64,000 bases of DNA, taken from positions 141,545 through 205,544 of IMG/VR virus record IMGVR_UViG_3300048597_000634. The stretch is one strand, 5' to 3'. The stretch's first letter is position 1, and each line of letters opens with the position of its first letter. Below the pieces are notes generated by a model that was not told the origin of the DNA, did not search any database, and saw only the letters and a program-made list of their open reading frames with translations. Of the stretch, positions 9,492 to 20,200 are shown piece after piece. A program made the position numbers and the translations under genes.

Positions 9492-9752
9492 ATGGCCAGT
9501 TTATTAGAGCTGTATAGGCTGCAAAATACACTTACGGGCGAGCAAATTAAGAGTTTGTATGAGGGTGAGTTTGACACTAACGCTTATACAGATGCTGAGA
9601 AGATTAAGCTGGCTTCTACTTTAGTAGTAGTACCTGTTCCCGTTACATCTACTTCTCCTGGACAAGTAGGAAATATTGCAGTTGACACGGATTACATCTA
9701 TGTTTGTGTTGCGTCTAATACATGGAAGAGAAATGTATTAACTGATTGGTAG
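9492..9752 (+). CDS. small protein with a tail-fibre/virion-type C-terminal module
   Basis: PVTSTSPGQVGNIAVDTDYIYVCVASNTWKR resembles a module common in phage fibre proteins. One of very few credible plus-strand genes. Confidence 0.55.
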   Translation: MASLLELYRLQNTLTGEQIKSLYEGEFDTNAYTDAEKIKLASTLVVVPVPVTSTSPGQVGNIAVDTDYIYVCVASNTWKRNVLTDW

Positions 9753-9951
9753 TCTGTATCGCTGTGCATAGCTAGCCTCAACATACTGCCCTACGAGCCC
9801 TTTAGGGATGAACGAGAAAATCCATGCATAGGAGCACTTATAGATCAAAGGCATAAGAGATTCGATTTTTAAGTGGTGGGCTACATGTAAGCACATCAAG
9901 TCTCTATCAAAGACTAGCCTTCGTGGTTTAGTTCTTGCTTTGGTTAGCATA

Positions 9952-12222
9952 TTACTCGTAGTCCCTAAATGCTACACCAATAGGGAATCGTGGCAGACCA
10001 TCATCTGTATAACCATGGTGCTTAATGGTTATTAAGGTTTGTGATTCCGGCGGGTTGTCATAAACTTCCTGCTTCTGTGCTACCGTGCCTTGCATTTTAG
10101 CCTTAAACACCAGACCAATACACGTCGAACACTCAGCTATTAGGTCTTCAACGCCCCGCTGCCCTAACAAGAACCTCTCAAAGACGAACTCATTGGTATC
10201 GTACTCCTTAACCTTCAGTAGGTTGCTAGACCGCTGCCCTTGGTCGTAAGTGCCATTAAGGAGACGGATCATTACACCCTCGTAACCTTCGCTAACGTAG
10301 TGCATGTGAAGCTCCATCACTTCCTCCTTGTTGTCGCAGGTAGAGGTAGGTAGGGCTTTAACATGCTGCCAACTAATAGTGGATGTCAGGCGGCGCACCT
10401 CCAACTCCCGCTCTAGCTGCTTCTGATCGTTGACAATGTCGTAGACCCAGAACTCTAGCTGTAAGGATTGCTCTTGTTGTTTCTTAACAGCAGAGACAAT
10501 CTCTTGGAAGGTTAGCTCTCTAGTGAATATCTCCCCGTCGAGGATGACAGGCTGGGTGAGCTTCTCTTCTAGTTCCTTTTTGATGTGCCCTAGCGTAGTG
10601 TACTTTTTGCCGGTGCGGGACAGGAAAGTAACGGTCTTACCGTCGAACACAGCCAGGGCTCTACAATTGTGAATAACAACGCCGTTAGCGACGTAGTTAT
10701 GATTGTCTTCTACCTCTAGGTCGTACTTAGTGTATGGGGCAGAGCTACGCTTAGCTTTAGTTTTATGAAACTTACTCCAAGCGAACTCGTCTTTTGCGGC
10801 TTGCACGTAGTCTTCCGTAGGGAAGTAATATTTGTACTCTACTCCTTTACAATGGCACTTCCGTAAACTGTTAAGTAAATAAAGAGTGTCTTTAGTGTTG
10901 AACTGTAGGAATATTCCAGAGCAATTAGTGGTGTCGACACGTTTATCCCGTATTTCTGTAGGCGTGCAATGCCACTTTTTCTGAAAGTATTCGACAAACA
11001 CTTTTATCTGGTCGAGAGAGTGCTTATGTGTGGATATACTTAGCACCGGTGTGTTAGGGTTTCCGTTGTTAAAGCTTATACTTCCGTCATCTGCAATCCA
11101 TAGACTTAGAGCTTCTGGGCTCATGTATTTACACATGTTATCGTATGTGATGTGCTTCCTGTGCCCTAGCCGCTTACAGTGCCCTGTAAAGTAGATTAAC
11201 TCGATAGGAAAGTCTGTCTTACTTAATGCGACACTATCAAACCGATAGCCTTTAGACCCATAACCTGTTGTGTATTCGGTACACCTACCATCTAAGTTTA
11301 GAGTCTTAACCTTAAAATCGAATAGCTCTTTATTGGTATGACTAAAAGCTAATCTGTAACTGGTACCGCTACCTCTTTTTTCTATGTTCATTATGCTATC
11401 CCCCAGTAAGGTGCCAAAGACAAGAGACGTTCTATACTCGGAGAAGCAATTTACGTAGATTAAATCTTCCTTCTCATTAAGGTCGCGAGCTTCTTTCCAG
11501 CCTTGGTTGGTAAAGTATTTATGGTTGGCAGTTGTCTTCAATCGTGTACCTGTAGGCAGAGTAACATCTAACCAATCTTTGTACTTAGAGCTTCCGTTAT
11601 TAAACCAATTTGTTATGGGCTTGTACTCAAAGACCTTTTTGGCTTCGTTGTAAGAGAGCACTTCCACCTTCATTTTGGTCTCTACTATCTCTTCAATGCT
11701 TATTAGTCCTTTATTAGTAGAGACTAGAGTTTTACCGTAGACGCAGCCGTCCAATTTGGGCTGCACAAGGCAGCGGTACTTAACTTTATTCCACTTCACG
11801 GACTGGGCTAGCATTGGCTTCCGCATTCCGTTAGCGTCAGTGTTAAAGGTAGGTAGAGCGGCTTCTAAAGCATTCTTTAAATGCGAATAGAGAGTATTCT
11901 CGTAGGAGAAAGCTGACGCGGCTGTTCCTTCTACCCAAGAGATGCCTAGGTCTTCTAAAGACTTGTAGCCCTCGTCTTGCTTCTTCTTCCAGTCGCTGCG
12001 GGCTTCAGACTCGGCTTGTTGTTGGGGTGTCGTGGCGTTACTTCTGTTTAAGTTCTTACCTTCGCTAATGGTCTTGATGTTAACGAGGGGTTTGTCGGTG
12101 CCGTACTGTCCTGAGGTCTTGATGACCTGATACTCGTCGGAGCCGAGGACAGCTTCAGTCTCGATCTCCCAATAGGCTATAGATAGATTCTTTGTGCGCT
12201 TGTAAAGTATTGGTAGTTTCAT
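9952..12222 (-). CDS. ATP-dependent DNA ligase precursor (about 396 aa mature) containing an intein
   Basis: QPKLDG|C...HN|CRA, ILDGEIF, FWVYD, EGVMIR, LLKVK, and C-terminal PRFP. Confidence 0.92.
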   Translation of the reverse strand: MKLPILYKRTKNLSIAYWEIETEAVLGSDEYQVIKTSGQYGTDKPLVNIKTISEGKNLNRSNATTPQQQAESEARSDWKKKQDEGYKSLEDLGISWVEGTAASAFSYENTLYSHLKNALEAALPTFNTDANGMRKPMLAQSVKWNKVKYRCLVQPKLDGCVYGKTLVSTNKGLISIEEIVETKMKVEVLSYNEAKKVFEYKPITNWFNNGSSKYKDWLDVTLPTGTRLKTTANHKYFTNQGWKEARDLNEKEDLIYVNCFSEYRTSLVFGTLLGDSIMNIEKRGSGTSYRLAFSHTNKELFDFKVKTLNLDGRCTEYTTGYGSKGYRFDSVALSKTDFPIELIYFTGHCKRLGHRKHITYDNMCKYMSPEALSLWIADDGSISFNNGNPNTPVLSISTHKHSLDQIKVFVEYFQKKWHCTPTEIRDKRVDTTNCSGIFLQFNTKDTLYLLNSLRKCHCKGVEYKYYFPTEDYVQAAKDEFAWSKFHKTKAKRSSAPYTKYDLEVEDNHNYVANGVVIHNCRALAVFDGKTVTFLSRTGKKYTTLGHIKKELEEKLTQPVILDGEIFTRELTFQEIVSAVKKQQEQSLQLEFWVYDIVNDQKQLERELEVRRLTSTISWQHVKALPTSTCDNKEEVMELHMHYVSEGYEGVMIRLLNGTYDQGQRSSNLLKVKEYDTNEFVFERFLLGQRGVEDLIAECSTCIGLVFKAKMQGTVAQKQEVYDNPPESQTLITIKHHGYTDDGLPRFPIGVAFRDYE
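10666..11745 (-). mobile_element. intein (360 aa) with LAGLIDADG homing endonuclease
   Basis: Begins CVYGKT and has block B TTANHKY. LAGLIDADG-like motifs FGTLLGDS and LWIADDGS. Ends YDLEVEDNHNYVANGVVIHN, followed by Cys+1. Confidence 0.93.
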
Positions 12223-12553
12223 GAAGGCTGGTTAAGTATGTAATGGTTAAAGCTAGATGCTCTACTTCCTCTTTTGTCGGCTGACAGTTGTACAGTCTGA
12301 GTACGCCCTTGTAGAGTCTTATATCCGGCGGCAGCTTTAGTTTGGGCTTTTCTTTATCAAGGCTGTGGAACCACCGTAAAGTCTCTCCGAGGTCTACTAG
12401 GATACTAGAGGTAGGCATATAGTAGATGTCAATCAGGTCACCGTCTGGGTAGGTGAATGGGGTGCGTATACGGGTTAGAGGTCCGAAGACGCAGCACTTG
12501 TAGTCGGAACCCAATTCAGTCTGTATCTTGCTTGTAATCCTATCAAGTGCCAT
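12155..12553 (-). CDS. DUF1828-like protein
   Basis: IRTPFTYPDGDLIDIY...DLGETL motif. Confidence 0.55.
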   Translation of the reverse strand: MALDRITSKIQTELGSDYKCCVFGPLTRIRTPFTYPDGDLIDIYYMPTSSILVDLGETLRWFHSLDKEKPKLKLPPDIRLYKGVLRLYNCQPTKEEVEHLALTITYLTSLHETTNTLQAHKESIYSLLGDRD

Positions 12554-12593
12554 GTTGTTATTTGTAGTAAGAAAGGGTGCTTGGGGAGCTCTT

Positions 12594-15537
12594 CTAGGAA
12601 CCTAGGACAGCTTCATGCTGTTGTTGTTGAAGTAGCTGGTACAAGTCGAATCTACATACGTCCTTGTGGAAGTTGAAGATAGAATTTCGGCTTAGATGCG
12701 ATTTGTGGTGTACATCTGGTCGACGCGCCTTAAGCTTTTTCAATGCGTCTAGAAGAACGATGATCTCAAGACGATCTTTTACTTTTGCGGCTTTGATAGT
12801 CATAACCGTTTGTTTGGTGATCATGGAAGTACTCTGAACTTGCTTTCTTTTAAGGCTCTAAGCGCATCTTCTGTAAATCGCTTAAACAGTCGATAAAGAT
12901 AGAGGTTCACCTTATTAAGGTACATGTCGGCCTTATTGAACCCGCTATAGTCCCAGCTGTTTTTGTTAAGCGCAAAGTACTCTACAGCGCACAACTTCTT
13001 TCTTAACCTATCAATATCTTTTAGTCTCAGGCGGTTGGGCTTTCTAATGTAAACCTTGGCTAGTTGTTTGGTGAGCATCAATAGTCTTTGTGTAGGAGGC
13101 GATGCCTCTGAATATATCGTAGATATCGCTTCTTGCTTCGTGAACACTTGGGCTGAGCATCATATTCCCGAAGAGCTTTGCTCTTATCTCACCAATCTCT
13201 GAGACAAAGGAGCAATACATTGTCTCCGGGTCCTCCCTGGCCTTTTTAGCTATATGTTTACTCAACATAGACTACTATCTCTCTAAGAGGGTTAGGGGCG
13301 CTTGAGTACTCGAAGGGACTGACTCTAGGCGGAGGGAGTTTGGAGAGGTAGTAGGTTCTTTTCTGCACTCGGCTTTTACCGTCTTCGTCAAGGTTTTCCC
13401 ACCGACTGTAAGAGTAAAGTAGGTAATACTTCTGAGGCTCAGGCTTCGTCATCTTTGTCCACTGTGTAGTCTGCTATACGGAATATCCCACGCTTGACTA
13501 CATCTTTAACCCAAGCTTTGAGTTCTTCCTGTATCTGCTTTTCGCCTGCTTCTTCCGGGTCGGTATCCGTTGGGTAGCAGAAATCCACACCGAAGTTGTA
13601 GGTGTACTTGTAGGGCTTAACAGGCTCTTTTGGGCGCTCTTCTATCTTCTCTGTTACGTCTTCCGGGCTCACCCCGTAGACCTCAGGAAGGACGGATAGA
13701 ACTTTAATGGTGCAGCCTTTGGATAGGTCTAGCTGCTGGTGTAACTCGTCGACTCGGGCTTGAGCTTCGGTTAGGTTAGCAGCTTCAAACTCTACTTCGA
13801 CGTGTTCCTCTCTTAGTCCGGTAACGGTATAGGTTGGCATGATATAAAAAGTCCGTAGATGGGTAGGTTGTAGTGCATCTCTCTTATGTCTTCGACTATG
13901 TCGAATATCTCAGATGTTAGGTCGAACCCAAATCTTGAGTAGGTGGCTTCTTTAAGCTCATTGATTGGGCTTTTAAGCACAGTGTCTCTCCAAGAGGTTC
14001 TGACTTTAATGTTACTTAGTAGCTTTTTAGTTAGCATTTTGTCCTCTTAGAGGTCTTTAAAGAGAGTTAGCGGAAAGAATTGGTCCCGAACATCTTCGAC
14101 GATGTCAAAGGTCTCTGGTGTTGAGATAGTTGTCTGTAGCGGTCTTTTATTAGCAACCCGGCGTCGTAAATCTTTTTACTTACACACAGGTCTGAGTGAA
14201 GGCGCCTAAACAGACAGCTATATATCGGTCTAATTGTGACCTTAGGAGTCTTGATGTCTAAACGTTTAGGACATGACGCTGCGGTTTGCTTAGTCAGCAT
14301 TCTTCATTAACCCCGTTAACAACCCAACAGTTATTGGTCTGTAGAACACCCAACTATGTCTGAAGTTTCTCTTGGATGACATGTCTATCGCCGGGCATCT
14401 TCTTTGCATTTTATCTTTAATGGTTAGGCGCACGGAAGTGTACTGGCGCAGTCCCCGGTACTCTTGGTAGACAAACCGGTCGCGCACTAACCTTTCTTTA
14501 GTTAACATTGTGTTAAAACCACCCCCTATATTTATCTTTGGTGATGACTAACGAGATGGTGTAGAGCATTTCATTGATAAGCGGTAGGTTATGTTCATGG
14601 AGCTTCACCCTAAACACGTTCTTAGAGCTTATCGCCGCCCTAAGGTTTCTTTGCAACCAACCAGTGTGGTTAATGACCCTTACTTTGCGGCCCTCAACGG
14701 TTTCTTTAGTTAACACTGTGTCCTCTTTTATTGCGGATGACCATGGATACTGCGTAGATCATGCGGTTAGTTGGCATTCTTCTATAAACGTTATTGCTGC
14801 TGACCGCCTCCCGTAGTTTGTAATTTACCTGTTTATCCTTCAACCTCTTCTGACCAAGGTTCTTCGTCAACATTTGTATAACCGTTATAAACATCTATAG
14901 CTTTAGTCAGGTCATCTCCTTGATATAGAGTGGTAGACCTCCGCTGATACCCTTCGGACTCTTCTACAAAATACCGACCATTGGCATCGTAGTGGAACGT
15001 AATGAGCTTATTATTTACACCAGTGGCGGCGGCGTATAGCCAGCGCCGGGTAGTGATGTAATCAAGGACTTGCTCGGGCTTAAGGTTGGTCATTTCCATT
15101 TGGTCAGATAATTGTTTAATAATCCGTCATTGTTTTGTAGAGTCCTACCTACTGAATGGTTAATGTCTGGTGGCGTCAAGTACTCATCGTACTCTATATC
15201 AATATCAAGCTCTAGGCTCTGACTAATGCTAGAAATAAGGTTGTATAGTGCTTGGTCTATGCTTCGTTGATGGTTAGCACGGCACGGCGCTTTACTTAAC
15301 ATGAGTGATTGTTGTTTTTAGACTTATTACATCTTAATCACTTCACCTTATTAGTCCACTATAAACATCCAAAATAAAACCTACTTCACTATCAAGCGAG
15401 TGGCTACTGCTGAGGATGCCATAGTGAGTATTACCCAAATGTAATGCGCGCTCCAATGTCTGGTATTTAACCCACATAACGTCGTCTATAGGGCGACGCA
15501 TAGACACTATGCTCCAGGTTGATCGTTTAGACAGCAT
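12594..15537 (-). other. M-[LIVF]-[TSN]-K small-ORF array, block 1 (about 10 members, plus a few unrelated small genes)
   Basis: Starts at 12824, 13147, 13268, 14037, 14300, 14508, 14716, 14873, 15302 and 15537 all read M/V-L/I/F-T/S-K. Confidence 0.75.
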
Positions 15538-16008
15538 AAGCGCCGGCGATAGCCCACCCTACGACCAAACACAAGGCTAGCTTTAGGTTAATGGGTAGTC
15601 TGTATTTAAAGAGCCAATACAGGGAAATGGCGCCGCCGGCCAGATAAATAAGTTGTTGGTTCATGATGTATCTTAGATGTTCATGATCAAGTGGTTAAAG
15701 CAATCAACTGCGTTCTGGTGGCCACTGCCCAACATCAAAGCGTGGAACACAGTCCACAGCTGTTCTTCGTTGTCGAACTGCAATGTATGACCGTTTTCTG
15801 TAAGAATCCAATGAGTAGTTGGCTCTGTATGTTTAGTGAACGTGCAACCTTTCTTCTCACATAGAAGTGTTATGATTCGTTCCATCGTTTCTAAGTCGTC
15901 CATGATTTTTAAAGGTAGGTTGTTGGTTAATAGTAATAGAAAAGCCTCTGCCGGTTAGGGCGAGGCTATGCGGTTGAGTATAGGCGTGGCTATTAATGGT
16001 CTTTTTAC

Positions 16009-16689
16009 TTAGCGGGCGCCTTGATAGCTAAGCAAAGCTTCTAACTCTTCGATGCGACGGTGGCTGATTTCTAGTTCCACTTCTAGGTTCTGCATTCTTA
16101 TCATCTGGCTACGTAGATAGGACACTTCAGCTTCTAGTTCCTTATAGCTGGGCTTGGTCTCTGCTTCTTTCTTCTTAGCCTCCCGTGCAGCCTGGATTTC
16201 TTGCCAGTACAATTCACAGGTGAATGTATTTGGGTCAACGTCTGGGTTTTGTTGTAGCTTCCTCTTAAACCAAGAGACGATTTCTAAGGTACGGCTGAGA
16301 CGATAAACGTGCTTGACTTGGAAGAAGTCAGGTATTTGTTGGAGCACTTCCCAGTTCTTAGCTAACATCATGGTTTTGGCGGCGTGGGATTCGCTGAAGT
16401 ACTCTACCAAGTCCGGGTCTATTTCTCCCACTAGAGCTTCATAGATAAACTGGAAGTCTTTGAGCAAAGCCTTAAATGACGTATATTCCTTACCCTTAAT
16501 TACCAAAGGGTGGGCAGTGCAGTATCCTTCTTGGCTGAATGTAGCTTGGGCTTCTAGTAGTAGCTGCCCGGCTATACTAGCTTTCTCCAGGTACTGCTTT
16601 CGTAAGTCTTGCGACTGCTTATAAAGGTTCATCGTCTTACCGTATTCAACTAAAAGCGAGCTTAGCTTCTGTGTTAGCATAATTGGCAT
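16009..16689 (-). CDS. paralog family A member 1 (unknown domain plus C-terminal coiled coil)
   Basis: Shares LA.NW..L...SRTL.I..WFK.K....DP.T.T...YW.E with the ORFs at 28930 and 37111. Confidence 0.75.
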   Translation of the reverse strand: MPIMLTQKLSSLLVEYGKTMNLYKQSQDLRKQYLEKASIAGQLLLEAQATFSQEGYCTAHPLVIKGKEYTSFKALLKDFQFIYEALVGEIDPDLVEYFSESHAAKTMMLAKNWEVLQQIPDFFQVKHVYRLSRTLEIVSWFKRKLQQNPDVDPNTFTCELYWQEIQAAREAKKKEAETKPSYKELEAEVSYLRSQMIRMQNLEVELEISHRRIEELEALLSYQGAR

Positions 16690-16706
16690 GAAAGATGTTG
16701 GTCACT

Positions 16707-16753
16707 AAAATCGATTCCGAGTGTGGAATCGATTTTCAATTTTAATTATAACA
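16707..16753 (-). promoter_or_regulatory. extended -10 promoter (TGnTATAAT) followed by a 12-bp inverted repeat
   Basis: Minus-strand TGTTATAAT at 16753-16745; perfect arms at 16707-16718 and 16725-16736. Confidence 0.6.
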
Positions 16754-16850
16754 CCTTAATTTCATGATTGGCGGCTAGAACGCCCTACAAGACGTCCCAG
16801 CCCCGCGCCGCAGTCAATGGGTTGGGCGGCGGCTAAAGCCCGTTTAAGGG

Positions 16851-17258
16851 CTAAAAGAGGCAGTCGCCAAATTTAGACGTTAGCGTATAGTCAATCCTGC
16901 CACTATTTTGAAGCTTTAAATGGAGTTGTAGGTACGCGTCTCCATTACTGGTAAAGCCGTCGAATATAATTTCTGAGGGTAAGAATAAATGCCACAACTC
17001 ATCAAACCAAGGCGTTAGCTGTAGGAAGATTTGGTCGTGGTTTTCCATACGCCCTTTATACGGATGCCCGTCGGCTAAGTAATATATGTTGGTGGACCCA
17101 CCGAAGTCAAACTCATGCTTCGTAATTAAGCGCAGTTCATCTACGTTGTGTTCGGTGAATAAAGAGATGAAGGTGGCTTTAGCCTGTTCGCCGTGTTCTT
17201 TATTTAGTAGAACCTCTAATCCTTTAGGGAATTGTATGTCGATTTTATTAACGTTCAT
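16851..17258 (-). CDS. hypothetical protein
   Basis: 135-aa ORF. Confidence 0.6.
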   Translation of the reverse strand: MNVNKIDIQFPKGLEVLLNKEHGEQAKATFISLFTEHNVDELRLITKHEFDFGGSTNIYYLADGHPYKGRMENHDQIFLQLTPWFDELWHLFLPSEIIFDGFTSNGDAYLQLHLKLQNSGRIDYTLTSKFGDCLF

Positions 17259-17267
17259 GGTTGATTC

Positions 17268-20200
17268 CTATGTTTTTAGTTGTTGACGTGCCGCTGTTAA
17301 GAGTATCGCGGTTTGCATAGCCCTAGTTATGTGCCTTAATGGTCTATCTACAATCCAACGGAGGTTATAATGCATACGCAACTCTTTATTGGCTATGGCA
17401 GTTAACTCTTCTTCGAGAGCAATCAGCTGCTTGCCTTGGTTGAGCGCCGCCATACTATTGGTTAATGTCTGTTTAGTGACCATAAAGTCCAGCTACCGGC
17501 ATTGCGACTCGTGTGCCCCGGGTTATGTGTCTAAAGGGCCTGCTTATAACCCAACGCAGGTCATACAGTGATAATCGGTCTTCAAACGCGATAGAAGGTA
17601 GTGACCTTTCTAATATTGTCGGTAACTTAGATGGTCTTATTTTGGTGTTAGCTACCGTGTTGGTTAATGAATGTTTGGTAATCATAGTGGTAGCTGGCTG
17701 TTGATAAATCCTTTAAGGCGCCAATGTATTCTACTCATATGTGAAAGTGGTTTCTCAACAGCCCAAATAACATTAAAGCATGCTATGAGCTCGTCATAAG
17801 GCATCTCTTTGGGGTATAAGACAAATACTGGGACTTTTAGTGGTTCTTTTAAGACTGCAGGAAGTTCCCGAAGCCGCACGATATTAGTTAAAGATTGTTT
17901 AGTGATCACGGTAAAAAGGCTAAGGTGGCGTGCCGGGTCGGGTTTTCCAATACCATGCAGAGAATTGTCAGCTCTATTGGGACTGTGTTATCTATCTTGT
18001 TAGCCAATAGGTCGGCTAAGTTTATTGGTCGTCCCGGCGGCTGGGTGTTAATTAAGCGCTGTTTGGTGACCATAGTTAGGAGTAGCGTTTCCTCCAAGCT
18101 ACGTCTTTAAGCGGCTTTACATTGAGTACGGCTCTTTGTGTATGCTTGATAACTCCTTCTACTTCCCACCAAGGATTATGGCTCAGTATAGGCATAGCGC
18201 TCTTTAACCACCCTTTAATGATAATTGGCACTCGTGGTTTTGTATTTAGTTTGGTAGCGTATACGCCGTACTGTTTAATGATCATTGTCTTGGGTGCTGG
18301 TTTAGTGCGTGTCTTGTGCTGTAACTGACCATTTGATGGGTCATAGTCCTTTTTATCACGGTGCGATGCACCACCATATAATAATCATAGGAATAACAGA
18401 TTAAGTTGATCTCAGGGTTTATTTGCGAGCGCAAGTCAAATATTACGCTCTTTGATCTTTTATGGTGTTGTTTTGTAAGCACTTCTCGTCTCCGACAATA
18501 CCAAGCAAATCTAACGTGTCTTCTATAGCAAACTCCAGCACCAAGAACTTACTGATTACGTCTCTCTTAGCGGCGCTTGTACGCTTTAAAGTTGTGGGGG
18601 AGGCGCCGCCTTACTTCGTCACATATATTGTCTTGCTTGTCTATCAGTTTGGCTAATGTCTGTTTGTTAATCATTTAACTTCAGTCTTATCCTAGGGCGT
18701 AAGCCCAACGCGTCTTCAATGCCTAACTCGATAGCCAGTAATGGTTCACTTATGTCCTGCTTAGCCAGCCCGATGGTGCCCATATATTCTTTGAGGGATT
18801 TGGCGTGGACTTGTGGGTTGGCAGTGTGCCACACAATATCTTCTTGCTTGTTTGTCAGCCTGGTTAGAGACCGTTTGGTAATCATATTCAGCTAAAGAAC
18901 TTAATCATTTGCGGTGACCGGTCTAAGCCTACAGCTATGGATAAACAGGGGTTAACCACACGCCGCTTGGTAAAGACTCTGATTTGGTGGTATTTGTTGA
19001 TGTAATCGGAGTCGTGAGTTTGTCTAACGCCGGCTAAGGCTTCTAACCCGCGGCGGAAGATGCAGCGCAGTTGGTCTTCTGGTTGGGGGCGGCGGTTATA
19101 AGTTGGTAGTTGATATTTGCTAATCATATCCCAGTCCATTTCTAATTGCTGTAGTGATGGTTCCGTATGGTCTATAGACTGACTGCTTAACCTTAAAGCT
19201 CAAATAAGAATAACTGGTTATCCTGCGGTTCCCAACCACATCCGGGTGTGGCAGGGTTTTTACTTCGTAAGTTAAATCAATGACTGGACCATATTTTGTG
19301 TTTGAAGGTAAATGACGTCTTTTAATCATATTCTTATGGTGACAGCCCTGGCTAATGACCAATAGAATGGTAGGATTTCTGCCTGTTTAGTAGGGTTGAA
19401 ATTCCTAATATGATACTTCAAGTAGTAGGTGGTGCTTTGGTCTATCTCTTGTGTTAGTAGTGGTTTAGTCAGCAAGGTTCGGCAGGGATATAGATATGTA
19501 AGCGCCTTCTATGCTGTATAGAGCGCCATAAAACTCATCGGGTGAGTGTGGTATATGAGCGATATTAGTTAGCCGTAGTTGATGGACAATGTTGTGGCGT
19601 AGCTCATAGGCTAACAATCGTCTTGGGTCGGCGGGTTGGTACGGAATATTTTTAACGCTGAGCATTGGTAGACCTGATGGTTTTGTCGGCTGCTAAATCT
19701 ACGCGTAAATACATCTTTCTGATGTCGTATAGAGTACCCTTGGTGGTGGCGCCGACTATTCTAATTTTATTAACGGCTGCTTGTAGCTTCTCGGTATCAA
19801 ACAATAGTAGCTGGGTGGTTTGTTTAGTCAGTCAGCATTAGCGTAAAAGCCTCATATATAGAGGGAAGAACCATTTACTATGCCTGTCGTTAATAGCTTT
19901 GATTAGTGGGGCGAATATTGCTCTGGATAAGGCATTAAACTCCTTAGTCCAGGCCTCCTTCCATAGATTATCAACACCATTAAGTTGAAGCCTACGCTAG
20001 CTTCGTCTGACTGTCTCTTTATTTTGGGGGTGCTTGTTTTGGTTAACATGGCTCCAATCCTTTGCTATTGCCTCAGCGTCTAACTGCCGGGCTTCTTTAT
20101 CTGTCATTGGGCGGCGCTTTAGTCGTCTCCTGATATACTCAAAGCGCCTTGGGCGTGCTTTATAGGTGGCGCCGATGTCTAAGGTGCGGGCTACGCCGTC

